Shown: positions 8,517-18,293, counted from the stretch's first letter. The stretch: DNA of 58,632 bases from Patescibacteria group bacterium (GCA_019752125.1 JAIEMM010000005.1:1-58632); one strand, 5' to 3'. Made by a program: numbers and translations. The notes: generated from the letters alone by a model not told the origin.

Positions 8517-11195
8517 TTATCTCCCCTTCAACACCCGCTTGAGATATTTACCGGTGTGAGAATTCTTATTGTTTGCCACATCTTCTGGGGTGCCTTTTGC
8601 AATAAGTTTGCCGCCACCAACTCCACCCTCAGGACCAAAGTCCAACAAGTAGTCAGAACTCTTGATGATATCCATATTGTGTTCAATAAGAACGACTGAG
8701 TTCCCCGCCTGCACCAAGCGGTTTAAGATATCGATCAATTTCTGAACATCTTCGTAGTGCAGACCGACTGTTGGCTCATCGAGCAAGTAAATTGTTTTCT
8801 GCAAGTGAGGACGGTAGAGTTCTGCAGAGATTTTTACGCGCTGCGCCTCGCCGCCAGAAAGTGTTGTTGCTGACTGACCAAGGCGCAAATATCCCAAACC
8901 TACTTCGCCAAGCGTTTTAAGGCGATCATGAATTGCAGGGATGTCGTTAAAGAAATCGAGCGCTTCCTCCACCGTCATTTCAAGCACATCGTAGATGCTC
9001 TTCTTTTTATATTTCACTTCGAGCGTCTCTTTCATAAAGCGCTTTCCATCGCAGACATCGCAGGTCACATACACGGTCGGCAAGAATGACATTTCAACGG
9101 CAATTGTGCCGTTACCTTCGCAGGCCTCGCAGCGCCCTCCACCCTTTGCGGTTTGTACGTTAAAGGAGAAGCGATTTGCTTTCCATCCGCGCGCACGCGC
9201 CTCGGTCGTTGAAGCAAACATATCGCGAATAAACGTAAACGCACCTGTGTACGTTGACGGGTTTGAGCGTGGAGTACGGCCAATAGGCGACTGGTCGATC
9301 AAGATTGCACGAGAAAGATTCTCTGCGCCTTCAAAGCTTGCGACATTGAAAAGTTTATTGGTGCGGTAGCGCTTGTCGAAACGCGCACGAAGGTTTTCGT
9401 ATAAGATTTCATAGAGGAAGGTTGATTTGCCTGAGCCAGAAACTCCGGTAACCGTGACGAGTTTGCCAAGCGGAAGTTCTGCTGAAAGATTGTGGATGTT
9501 AAATGCTTTGCCACCTTTGATCTTGATCCACCCTCTGTCTTTTTCGCGGCGTTCATCTGGGACTTCAATTGCCTTTTCACCACGGAGGTATGCGAGCGTT
9601 ACTGAACCGCTGTCGTTTTTCTTTGCAGTAAGAAGTTTTTCAAGTTCGCCCGCAACAACGACGTTGCCGCCGTGCACACCAGCACCTGGGCCGATGTCTA
9701 CCAAGTAGTCGCTGGCATAAATAGTGTCTTCATCGTGTTCAACAACAATGATTGTGTTACCAAGATCACGAAGATCAACAAGAGTTTTAATCAAACGTTC
9801 GTTGTCGCGCTGGTGGAGGCCGATAGTTGGCTCGTCGAGAACGTACAACGCACCTACAAGGCCAGAGCCAAGCTGTGAGGCCAAGCGAATACGCTGCGCT
9901 TCCCCGCCAGAGAGCGTGTTGGCACGACGGTCGAGCGTTAGGTAATCCAACCCAACGTTCAACATAAACTTTAGGCGTGCTGTGATTTCTTTAATAATTG
10001 TCTTAGAGATTTCTTGATCTTTTTTCGACAGTTCTAGTTCTTCAAAGAATGTATACGCATCCTGAATAGACATGTCTGTGAGCTGAACAATATTTTTTGC
10101 GTCTTTCGGAATGAAAACTTCTGTTTCTGAACCGTCCCCTCGCTGACCTGCAGGTGAAGAAGCAGAAGTTTTCGTGGAGTTTTTATACAAAAATACATTG
10201 AGTGCTTCTGGGCGCAGACGCATACCGTGACAGACAGGGCACTTCTCATCGCTAAAGAAATGCTTTGTTCCCAAACCATTACATGCTGGGCAGGCGCCGT
10301 AGGGAGAGTTGAACGAGAAGAGACGAGGTTCGATTTCAGGGAAAGAGAATCCATCGTATGGACACATAAACTTTGCAGAGATAAGGCGAGATTTCACTGC
10401 CTCTTCTCCTGTGCCTGGCTCTTCTACCTGGACCAAGCCATCAGTTTCCTCCAATGCGCGTTCTACAGCTTCAGAAAGGCGTTCAAGAGCCGCTGCTTTC
10501 GAGCGTGTAAACTCCGGTACGAGAATTTCATCAACAAGCACAGAGATATCGTGCTTCTTATGTTTTGCGAGAATAATTTGTTCGCGAAGGCTCTTAAGCT
10601 CTCCATCAACTTTTACGCGCTCATACCCTTTACCGAGTAGATCGTACAAAAGTTGGTAGTACTCGCCTTTCCTACCTACGACAACAGGCGCATAGATTCG
10701 TACGACATCTTCGTTGATATTCACGCCCATAACGGTGCGAGTTTTCTTCGGCGTAGATTTTGTAACACTGTCTACAATGCTGTGAATAATTTCTTCGTTA
10801 GAAAGTTTTTTGATTTCGCGGCCGCAGGTAAGGCAGTGTGGTTTGCCGACACGTGCAAAGAGAATACGCTGGTAGTCGTAAATTTCTGTAATAGTCGCAA
10901 CCGTTGAGCGCGGGTTGTTTGAACGGCTCTTCTGGTCGATAGAGATAGCTGGTGAAAGACCGGTGATCTCCTCAACATCGGGCTTCTGCATCTGGCGCAA
11001 GAATTGGCGTGCGTAGGCAGAAAGAGACTCGATGTAGCGGCGCTGGCCTTCAGCAAAGATGGTGTCGAACGCCAAAGATGACTTGCCGCTGCCCGACAAG
11101 CCCGTAAATACAACCATCTTATTCCGCGGAATACTCAGCGAAATATTCTTGAGGTTGTGCGTCTTTGCGCCTTTTATTGTTATTTTGTCTTCCAT
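8517..11195 (-). CDS. uvrA: Excinuclease ABC subunit A
   Basis: GLSGSGKSSLAFDT, two LSGGEAQR ABC signatures, zinc-binding CxxC pairs. Confidence 0.98.
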   Translation of the reverse strand: MEDKITIKGAKTHNLKNISLSIPRNKMVVFTGLSGSGKSSLAFDTIFAEGQRRYIESLSAYARQFLRQMQKPDVEEITGLSPAISIDQKSRSNNPRSTVATITEIYDYQRILFARVGKPHCLTCGREIKKLSNEEIIHSIVDSVTKSTPKKTRTVMGVNINEDVVRIYAPVVVGRKGEYYQLLYDLLGKGYERVKVDGELKSLREQIILAKHKKHDISVLVDEILVPEFTRSKAAALERLSEAVERALEETDGLVQVEEPGTGEEAVKSRLISAKFMCPYDGFSFPEIEPRLFSFNSPYGACPACNGLGTKHFFSDEKCPVCHGMRLRPEALNVFLYKNSTKTSASSPAGQRGDGSETEVFIPKDAKNIVQLTDMSIQDAYTFFEELELSKKDQEISKTIIKEITARLKFMLNVGLDYLTLDRRANTLSGGEAQRIRLASQLGSGLVGALYVLDEPTIGLHQRDNERLIKTLVDLRDLGNTIIVVEHDEDTIYASDYLVDIGPGAGVHGGNVVVAGELEKLLTAKKNDSGSVTLAYLRGEKAIEVPDERREKDRGWIKIKGGKAFNIHNLSAELPLGKLVTVTGVSGSGKSTFLYEILYENLRARFDKRYRTNKLFNVASFEGAENLSRAILIDQSPIGRTPRSNPSTYTGAFTFIRDMFASTTEARARGWKANRFSFNVQTAKGGGRCEACEGNGTIAVEMSFLPTVYVTCDVCDGKRFMKETLEVKYKKKSIYDVLEMTVEEALDFFNDIPAIHDRLKTLGEVGLGYLRLGQSATTLSGGEAQRVKISAELYRPHLQKTIYLLDEPTVGLHYEDVQKLIDILNRLVQAGNSVVLIEHNMDIIKSSDYLLDFGPEGGVGGGKLIAKGTPEDVANNKNSHTGKYLKRVLKGR
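10113..10173. repeat. In-frame palindromic element (family B) in uvrA
   Basis: GAAAACTTCTG...CAGAAGTTTTC arms; 31-nt core 26/31 identical to the uvrB element at 12603-12661. Confidence 0.75.
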
Positions 11196-11197
11196 AG

Positions 11198-13354
11198 TTA
11201 CTTTTTATTCGATAGCTTTGCTTTCGGCTGCTTCCCCATCAATACCGTAATTTCGTCTCGAAGGATAGCAGCAGTTTCGAAGTCGAGTTCCTTAACAGCA
11301 TCTGCCATCTGCTTCTTCTTGTCGGCAATAAAGCGGCGAGGATTCTTTTTGTATAAGTCTCTGTCTATGTCGAGCAGCACACCAACCGCCTTGCCGTGTT
11401 CTGTACGTAGGTGGTCGGTAATATCGTTAATCGCTTTTTTGATAGTAATCGGTGTAATGCCGTGTTTTTTGTTGTATGCAAGCTGTATCTCACGGCGGCG
11501 CTTTGTTTCACTCATCGCTTTCTCAAGCGAGCCTGTCATCTGGTCGGCATACATAATGACGCGACCGTGTACGTTGCGGGCTGCACGACCGATAGTTTGA
11601 ATAAGCGATGTTTCAGAACGTAGGAAGCCTTCTTTGTCAGCATCCAAGATGGCAACAAGCTCAACTTCTGGGAGGTCGAGGCCTTCGCGGAGAAGGTTCA
11701 CGCCTACAAGCACATCGTACAAACCCTTTCTGAAATCGGTCAAAATAGTAATACGGTCCAGGGTCAGCACTTCACTGTGGATATAGGCTGCTTTAAATTT
11801 TCTGTCTTTCAAATATTCAGAAAGATCTTCGGCCATCTTTTTAGTAAGCGTTGTAACAAGTACACGACCTCCGTGTTTAATTACTTTCTCTGCTTCGTCT
11901 AAGAAATCTTGGACTTGGCCTTTCTGAGACGCTTCATCCGCACCACGCCCTCCTCGCTCGCTCGGGCCGCTATCGCTTCCACTCGCTCGGATTGCGGGTG
12001 CGGATTTCGCTCCCGTAACAGGTCTAACAATAATTTCTGGGTCTATAAGACCAGTTGGGCGAATGATTTGCTCAACAATATTCTTTCCTGATTTTTCTTT
12101 TTCGTATGCGCCAGGTGTTGCAGATGTATATATTCTCTGGCCAATGTCCCCTTCAAATTCTTCGAACTGAAGCGGACGGTTATCTATTGCAGATGGAAGG
12201 CGGAAGCCGAATTCAATCAAGTTTTCTTTGCGTGCGCGGTCGCCGGCATACATGCCGCCAATCTGCGACACCGTAACATGGCTTTCGTCGATGATAGTTA
12301 GGAAGTCTGGAGTTCCATCTGCCTTGTGTGGGAAGTAGTCAAGCAATGTATATGGCGGCTCACCTGGTTTGCGACCACCAAAATGACGAGAATAGTTTTC
12401 AATGCCTGGACACACGCCGATCTCGCGGATAAGTGCGATGTCGTGGTTCGTGCGGCGCTTCAAGCGTTCTGCCTCAAGTACTTTTCCAGAGCGCTCAAGT
12501 ATTGCGAGACGTTCTTTAAGTTCGTGTTTGATATCTGCGATAGCGCGATTGCGTTCATCTTTTGGAGTAACGTAGTGCTTTGCTGGAAAGAGGAAGAGCG
12601 AAGAAAAAGCATTTTTTGAAGCGTCCCCTTGATGTCCTGCAGCTGAAAAAGATGCTTTTTCGGAGCGACTTATTGCATCAATAATCCTAACTTTAGAAAT
12701 AATTTCTCCTTCAAATTCAACGCGGTACAAGATGCGTTCACCTGTCGGCATAATCTCAACACTGTTTCCAAGCGCGCGGAATTTGCCAGGCATCAAGTCT
12801 GCTGTCGTGCGTTCAAAATATATGGCGATAAGTTCGCGGATAAGATCTGCGCGATTCTTTTTCATCCCCGGCGCAAGTTCCAAGTGAACTTTGCGATATT
12901 CTTCTGGGCTCCCTAGAGAATAGATGCAGGAAACAGAGGCAACGATAATCACATCGTCGCGCGTAAGTAATGCCTGGGTAGACGCATGGCGGAGACGGTC
13001 AATTTCTTCATTGATCTGCGCTTCTTTTTCTATATATGTATCTGAATGCGGAACGTAGGCTTCTGGTTGATAGTAGTCGTAGTAAGACACAAAATAGTGG
13101 ACCGCATTGTCTGGGAAAAATTCTCTGTACTCTTGTGCGAGCTGTGCAGCGAGAGTTTTGTTATGAGCGATGACAAGAGTCGGTTTGCCGATTTGCTGAA
13201 TGACATTTGCAGCAGTATAGGTTTTACCCGAACCAGTCACGCCCAAAAGCGTCTGGTGTTTTTCACCTTTTTTAATGCCTTTCACCAACGCTTCAATAGC
13301 CTTAGGCTGATCGCCGGCTGGTTTGTATTCAGATTTGAGTTTGAATTTCCCCAT
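11198..13354 (-). CDS. uvrB: Excinuclease ABC subunit B
   Basis: GVTGSGKT, YYDYYQPEAY, DESH, NLLREGLDLPEV, GRAAR; start moved to ATG 13354. Confidence 0.98.
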   Translation of the reverse strand: MGKFKLKSEYKPAGDQPKAIEALVKGIKKGEKHQTLLGVTGSGKTYTAANVIQQIGKPTLVIAHNKTLAAQLAQEYREFFPDNAVHYFVSYYDYYQPEAYVPHSDTYIEKEAQINEEIDRLRHASTQALLTRDDVIIVASVSCIYSLGSPEEYRKVHLELAPGMKKNRADLIRELIAIYFERTTADLMPGKFRALGNSVEIMPTGERILYRVEFEGEIISKVRIIDAISRSEKASFSAAGHQGDASKNAFSSLFLFPAKHYVTPKDERNRAIADIKHELKERLAILERSGKVLEAERLKRRTNHDIALIREIGVCPGIENYSRHFGGRKPGEPPYTLLDYFPHKADGTPDFLTIIDESHVTVSQIGGMYAGDRARKENLIEFGFRLPSAIDNRPLQFEEFEGDIGQRIYTSATPGAYEKEKSGKNIVEQIIRPTGLIDPEIIVRPVTGAKSAPAIRASGSDSGPSERGGRGADEASQKGQVQDFLDEAEKVIKHGGRVLVTTLTKKMAEDLSEYLKDRKFKAAYIHSEVLTLDRITILTDFRKGLYDVLVGVNLLREGLDLPEVELVAILDADKEGFLRSETSLIQTIGRAARNVHGRVIMYADQMTGSLEKAMSETKRRREIQLAYNKKHGITPITIKKAINDITDHLRTEHGKAVGVLLDIDRDLYKKNPRRFIADKKKQMADAVKELDFETAAILRDEITVLMGKQPKAKLSNKK
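11936..12005. repeat. In-frame palindromic insertion in uvrB
   Basis: ATCCGCACC...GGTGCGGAT arms; encodes the non-canonical segment SAPAIRASGSDSGPSERGGRGAD. Confidence 0.6.
12603..12661. repeat. In-frame palindromic element (family B) in uvrB
   Basis: GAAAAAGCAT...ATGCTTTTTC arms; core TGAAGCGTCCCCTTGATGTCCTGCAGCTGAA. Confidence 0.75.
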
Positions 13355-13419
13355 AAAGGACTTGACAGTATAGCACAAAACGTTACATTCAGCATAGATA
13401 CACGAAAGGGAGGCTCTGT

Positions 13420-13647
13420 ATGAAAAGATCTGGGCTCGGCGTCTTTCTGATCTGCTTAGCGATAAGTCTGGGCATTGGGTTCTTCGTCGCCAAGGATCTC
13501 GAGGGGTCCTTGCACGTGACCTCGACGCTCCAATACTGGGGTGCCATCACCTTCATCTGGCTCATCGGCTGCTGTGTAGCCTTCCTGGTCTTCGCGGCTC
13601 TACTCTTCGTGATCCCAGCCCCCAAGGTCCAGCAGACCATCAACTGA
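13420..13647 (+). CDS. Small two-TM membrane protein (ORFan cassette)
   Basis: GGGAGG RBS, TTGACA-16-TACATT promoter, hairpin terminator ~13652-13681. Confidence 0.65.
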   Translation: MKRSGLGVFLICLAISLGIGFFVAKDLEGSLHVTSTLQYWGAITFIWLIGCCVAFLVFAALLFVIPAPKVQQTIN

Positions 13648-13681
13648 ACGTACCGCTCTCGAAAGAGGGCGGTTTATTTTT

Positions 13682-13701
13682 GAGCAAGGTCCGACCTTGT
13701 C
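13682..13701. repeat. REP-like palindrome (CAAGGTC-C-GACCTTG core)
   Basis: Same family as 8489 and 14102. Confidence 0.7.
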
Positions 13702-13742
13702 CAGCTAAAGAAAAACTGCTCCACAAAATTATGTGAAAGCAG

Positions 13743-14027
13743 TTACGAAACACATTCCGGCGGCTTGTCCGTCCAGCCGAGTTTACTCCGAAGTTGGGTG
13801 AATTCCGGCTCCTCGAGCATAAACTCCACAAAAGTGATGGCATTGCCCTGCCGGTCCCGGCCTTGGTGAGTGACACCAAACACGTGCTGGACACCCAATT
13901 CCTTGTCGAGCGAATACCACTCATCTATCCGTGGAAGTACTGGCCAGCGATCTTTTTTGTAGATGACTGGGTTCATATGGTTTTCACCATCGGGAGAAGA
14001 CCAGACCTTCAACCAAAATTCAATCAT
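13743..14027 (-). CDS. Hypothetical protein (ORFan cassette)
   Basis: GGAGG RBS before ATG 14027; TTGACA-16-TAATCT upstream; flanked by REP-like palindromes. Confidence 0.6.
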   Translation of the reverse strand: MIEFWLKVWSSPDGENHMNPVIYKKDRWPVLPRIDEWYSLDKELGVQHVFGVTHQGRDRQGNAITFVEFMLEEPEFTQLRSKLGWTDKPPECVS

Positions 14028-14101
14028 CTCTGCCTCCAAGCAGGTTGGTGTTCTGGCAAACAGATTACATTAGACCCCTGAGCTGTCAACGATTTGAATT
14101 A

Positions 14102-14120
14102 GACAAGGTCCGACCTTGTC
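14102..14120. repeat. REP-like palindrome GACAAGGTC-C-GACCTTGTC
   Basis: Perfect 9-bp arms; same family as 8489 and 13682. Confidence 0.7.
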
Positions 14121-14196
14121 CAACAAAAAAAAGAAAAGCCATCGACCAGGATGTGAGTGAACACATCTGATCGATGGCTTTGGTTGCGCGCGTCGC

Positions 14197-14604
14197 CTAG
14201 CTCTGGCAGGAGCAGGTAGCGCAGATCGCCGTGCGTGGTCTCAGCTTGAAGAACGCGAGGTGAAGGGCGCCGACGATGCCGAACACTGCGGCGTGAAAGA
14301 AGAGCCTCTCTGGCGTCCAGGACGACATGCTCACGCCGATGACGGCAGTGTAGTAGATGCCGGTAATGAACACTGCCAGCATGGCGAGACCTCGAAGACG
14401 AGAATCCGCCGGATTGCGCGGGCAGGTCAGCCAGACGCCGGCCAGGCCGATGAGCGTCGATGCCACCCAGATGCCGAAGAAGCCGTAAAGCCAAGTATCG
14501 TTGATCCGGCTTGGATTGATGTCGGTGAAGCCGACAAGCATGGCCGCATAGACGAATGCAGTGGCCAGACACCAGAACATCCCAATCATTTTCTGTCTCT
14601 GCAC
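14197..14604 (-). CDS. Four-TM membrane protein, GC-rich, C-terminal CxxCxC
   Basis: AGGAGG RBS, four hydrophobic segments, terminator AAGCCATCGA...TCGATGGCTT at ~14135-14181. Confidence 0.65.
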   Translation of the reverse strand: MQRQKMIGMFWCLATAFVYAAMLVGFTDINPSRINDTWLYGFFGIWVASTLIGLAGVWLTCPRNPADSRLRGLAMLAVFITGIYYTAVIGVSMSSWTPERLFFHAAVFGIVGALHLAFFKLRPRTAICATCSCQS

Positions 14605-14673
14605 AATTTCCTCCTATGCTTCGGCCGCAAGATAAAGCGGTCAGATATATTTTTACTACAGAAATTTAGTCTG

Positions 14674-15966
14674 TCAATTACCTTTATATGTTTCTAAAAA
14701 CGAATTTTTAAACTGCTCAAATTGCCCGTTCAAAATTGATTCGCGGATGTCACTGCAGAGCTTGGTGAGGAAATAGATATTGTGCATGCTGGCAAGAATA
14801 GGCCCCAATATTTCGCGTGTGCGGAAAAGGTGGTGCACATAGGCGCGGGTATGATTCTGGCACGTTGGGCACTGACACCCTTCATCTATTGGAGAGTAGT
14901 CATATTGATGCTCAGCATTTGGAATTTGAATCTTCCCGCGCTTTGTATACAAACCTCCATTTCTTCCATTGCGAGTTGGAGTAACGCAGTCGAACGTATC
15001 AACACCGTGCGCAGCGCCAAGAAGAATATCTTCAGGCTCTCCTACTCCCAAACCATGCACTGACATGCCTTCTGGAAGTTCTGTAAGCATTGCAAGAGCG
15101 GATTGCAGAGAATGGTCGCCGTATTTGCGACTGAATGAACCGCCGAGGCCAAACCCATCAAAACCCATGTTACCGATGGTTCGTGCGCTTTCGCGACGGA
15201 GGTCGTCAAACTGCCCTCCCTGCCCTATACCATAGATACCCTGCTTAGTATTTGCATCGAGGTTCTGTCGATGTGTGCTCAAAGAACGCTTTGCCCACGC
15301 GTGCGTTCTCTCCATCGCTTCTTTTTGTTCCTCATAACTATCGGTAGGTGCGGTGCACTGGTCAAAGGCAAAAAAGATATCTGCACCGAGACGGTGTTGA
15401 ATCTCTACCGAGCGCTCCGGAGTAAAACGATGAAGCGAGCCGTCGAGATGTGAGGTAAAAGAAACTCCCTCGTCATCTACTATCGCAAGTTTTCCATGGC
15501 TAGTTGCAAGATCTTCATCGTATACAGCCGGCGCCGACGAAGAAAGATCTCCATCAAAAGATCCTCGGGGATCCTCGCTCCCTTCGGGAGCTTTCGCCAG
15601 ACCATTTTGCTGTAAATCTTTCTTCTCTGGTGTAAATTTTGAAATCTTTTTCCCAAATCCAGTTCCAAGAGAGAATACTTGGAAGCCGCCGGAGTCTGTC
15701 ATCGTTGGACCGTTCCAGTTCATAAACTTCGCAACACCTCCCCCTTTTTCAACAGCATCGAGTCCTGAAAGATAGAGGTGATACGTGTTTGCGATGAGAG
15801 TTTGAACACCGAGGGATGGAAACTTTGCTGATTCTATACCCTTTATGTCTGCCTTAGTGGCCACAGGCACAAAGGCCGGCGTCAAAATATCGCCACGGGG
15901 TGTATGCAAAACACCCGCCCTTGCGGACGAGTGCTTTGCTTCAATTGTAAGTCGAACTGGAGGCAT
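14674..15966 (-). CDS. tgt: Queuine tRNA-ribosyltransferase
   Basis: ANTYHL, TDSGGFQVFSL, DTFDCVTPTRNGR, CxCxxC...H zinc site. Confidence 0.95.
   Translation of the reverse strand: MPPVRLTIEAKHSSARAGVLHTPRGDILTPAFVPVATKADIKGIESAKFPSLGVQTLIANTYHLYLSGLDAVEKGGGVAKFMNWNGPTMTDSGGFQVFSLGTGFGKKISKFTPEKKDLQQNGLAKAPEGSEDPRGSFDGDLSSSAPAVYDEDLATSHGKLAIVDDEGVSFTSHLDGSLHRFTPERSVEIQHRLGADIFFAFDQCTAPTDSYEEQKEAMERTHAWAKRSLSTHRQNLDANTKQGIYGIGQGGQFDDLRRESARTIGNMGFDGFGLGGSFSRKYGDHSLQSALAMLTELPEGMSVHGLGVGEPEDILLGAAHGVDTFDCVTPTRNGRNGGLYTKRGKIQIPNAEHQYDYSPIDEGCQCPTCQNHTRAYVHHLFRTREILGPILASMHNIYFLTKLCSDIRESILNGQFEQFKNSFLETYKGN
15539..15625. repeat. In-frame 87-nt palindromic element (family A) in tgt
   Basis: GAAGAAAGAT...ATCTTTCTTC arms; core homologous to the apbE element at 21901-21987. 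Confidence 0.8.
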
Positions 15967-16454
15967 TACTGCGCGCTTGTTCCTTCTGTTGGTGCTGTTT
16001 TTTGTGCACCGACGAGGGTTACTTCGAAGATAAGAGTTGAACCGCCTGGAATTGGTCCGTAGTCTTGCATACCATATGCAAGCATTGGTGGAATGATAAG
16101 TAAACGTTTACCGCCAACCTTCATGCCCTGCAGACCTTGGTCCCATCCTGCGATAACACGTCCTGTACCAAGAGTGAACCTAATAGGGTCTCTTCCTACA
16201 GAAGAATCGAAGACGGTTCCGTCTTGTAATTTGCCTGTGTAATGAACGCTAACGAGATCACCCGCTTCTGCGGTATCGCCAGTGCCGACGATTTCATCTT
16301 GAACTACGAGTTGTTGGTCAGACATAGATGCTGCTGAAGTTTGGCTCGCCTGCTGTCGCGCGAGCATTAAAGGATTAAGTAATGCGAAGAAAAATGCGAC
16401 TACGACAAGCGAGGTGGTAACCGCGATGCCAGTTGTTAATTGTTTACGAGTCAT
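15966..16454 (-). CDS. FKBP-type peptidyl-prolyl isomerase with N-terminal anchor
   Basis: VHYTGKL, FDSS, VIAGWDQG, IPPMLAYG, LIFEV. Confidence 0.93.
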   Translation of the reverse strand: MTRKQLTTGIAVTTSLVVVAFFFALLNPLMLARQQASQTSAASMSDQQLVVQDEIVGTGDTAEAGDLVSVHYTGKLQDGTVFDSSVGRDPIRFTLGTGRVIAGWDQGLQGMKVGGKRLLIIPPMLAYGMQDYGPIPGGSTLIFEVTLVGAQKTAPTEGTSAQ

Positions 16455-16458
16455 ATAC

Positions 16459-16905
16459 CTACAGTATACCCAAAATATGAACGTTAGTAATCATCAGAGA
16501 AAAGGCGAATAAGGCAACAAGTGCCCCACTAAACAACATCTCAGACTGCTGAATTTGTATATGAACGAAAAAGGCAACTAGCACCGCAATAGTCATCATA
16601 GTTCCAATAATCCCAAGTGCCCATGGAATATATGGCTCAGACTCTACCGCAATACGAGCCAAGTTCTTACCAAAATTGTTTAAGAACGATGAAGCGGCAC
16701 TTCCAACTGCAGCTGTTTGAGAACTCTCAGCTACTGCGACTGAAGGGGCTACTTGCTGGACATATAACCCAGACACGAACATCCCCTCGCCTGCCATAAT
16801 TATTGCAACAAAAAATAGTAGCCAATTTTTGCGCAATATATGCGGCCTATAGGAGTTGTGGTGCGAAGGCACAAAATGCCGATGGAGATGCGTGTGAACA
16901 GACAT
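16459..16905 (-). CDS. Hypothetical membrane protein
   Basis: HFVPSHHNSYRPHIL N-terminus, three hydrophobic segments. Confidence 0.65.
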   Translation of the reverse strand: MSVHTHLHRHFVPSHHNSYRPHILRKNWLLFFVAIIMAGEGMFVSGLYVQQVAPSVAVAESSQTAAVGSAASSFLNNFGKNLARIAVESEPYIPWALGIIGTMMTIAVLVAFFVHIQIQQSEMLFSGALVALFAFSLMITNVHILGIL

Positions 16906-16961
16906 ACAAATATGTTACCACAAGTGGTATAGTGCCTCCGGACATTACATGGAGGTGTTCC

Positions 16962-17480
16962 ATGAACAAGCGTGCCAATATCGTTCAAATTGAGTTCTTC
17001 CTGGTGAACACGCGGGCGAATTCGCTGGAATCACTGATGGCAGACACTCATTCACGTAACGCAGATGGCGCTGCCCTGAAATTTACTCTGCGCTTCTTTG
17101 ATTCAATGGGTGAAGTTACCGCCATGTCACTGAGACTTCATCGGTTGGAGCGATGGAAAAAGCGTCTGGAAATCTGCGTAGCAGCCAAAACAGGCTGGCG
17201 ACAAGGGGTTGCTGATTCTCTCCATCAAACGGTTTCCAGGTGGATAGAGCAGGTAAAGGAATCCTGCGTTACGTGCGCTATTGACCAACTCCATCTTGCG
17301 ATTGATAGGCATGATGAGATTGCGGTCGAGCAGCCCGACCGCTCCTTCCGACCTCTTCGTGGAGACGAGACCTACGAGACGTTAACTTCGGTGGAAAAAT
17401 CGAAAGGCGCATGGATATTTATATTCAGTCCAAACAACTTGACTGGCAACCTTAATGAATCTGTAAGTTACGTAATGTGA
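16962..17480 (+). CDS. Hypothetical protein (ORFan cassette)
   Basis: GGAGG RBS before ATG 16962; terminator AAACAGCCC...GGGCTGTTTTT at 17482-17511. Confidence 0.6.
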   Translation: MNKRANIVQIEFFLVNTRANSLESLMADTHSRNADGAALKFTLRFFDSMGEVTAMSLRLHRLERWKKRLEICVAAKTGWRQGVADSLHQTVSRWIEQVKESCVTCAIDQLHLAIDRHDEIAVEQPDRSFRPLRGDETYETLTSVEKSKGAWIFIFSPNNLTGNLNESVSYVM

Positions 17481-17531
17481 TAAACAGCCCAACTCTCCCG
17501 GGCTGTTTTTTCTTTGCTATACTTTTTATTG

Positions 17532-18293
17532 ATGAAACGGTTTCTCTTTGGAACATTTTTATTCCTAACTCCTACACTTGTATTCGCTGCAGGGTTTGCG
17601 AAGCAAAGTATTTTCCTTTCCTCCACCGCACCAGTGGAAGGCCAGACGGTTTTGATTTATGCATCTGTGTCAAACCCAGCAACTACCGTCTTTAATGGGA
17701 CTCTTCTTATCAAAGATGAGGCGTCAGAAATTGGTAGCGTTCCTGTATCATTAAAAGCTGGAGGGGCAGACAATGTATCTGTTTCTTGGAAACCAAATGC
17801 TGGCACACACACCATTGTTGCAGTCTTGAAAGACGCAGGAGGCTCTACGCTCGAAGAAAATAAAGAAACTTTTACTATTGCAGCAACTTCAGTTACTTTT
17901 TCCACAACTCAAAGTGATGACGTACAGCCTTCAACTGCCATCCAAGAATCTATTACCAATGTTTCCCCAGTGGTCGCAGAATACACGTCTCCAGTATTGA
18001 AGACGATCGATTCTGGTCGCACATTTGCGGCAAAGAAACTAAACTCTGCGCTCGACTGGTCAAAGTCACAGATAGCGACATCATCCAAGGCAGCTGCAAA
18101 CATGAGCGATACGGAGGAGAAGAAAAGTTCTCTTATGCAAACAGCATGGAGAATACTCGCAACCGTTGCGCTTTACGTAGTAACAATACTTCTCTATATA
18201 GTCACAAACGTTGGAGTCTTCTACCCTATTCTTGCGATAGGGTTTCTCTACACTCTGTGGAGACTATGGCGTAAATATCGCCGAGGCTACTAA
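17532..18293 (+). CDS. Secreted/membrane-anchored protein with CARDB/Ig-like domain
   Basis: Signal peptide, VSVSWKPNAGTHTI Ig-like motif, C-terminal TM helices. Confidence 0.65.
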   Translation: MKRFLFGTFLFLTPTLVFAAGFAKQSIFLSSTAPVEGQTVLIYASVSNPATTVFNGTLLIKDEASEIGSVPVSLKAGGADNVSVSWKPNAGTHTIVAVLKDAGGSTLEENKETFTIAATSVTFSTTQSDDVQPSTAIQESITNVSPVVAEYTSPVLKTIDSGRTFAAKKLNSALDWSKSQIATSSKAAANMSDTEEKKSSLMQTAWRILATVALYVVTILLYIVTNVGVFYPILAIGFLYTLWRLWRKYRRGY

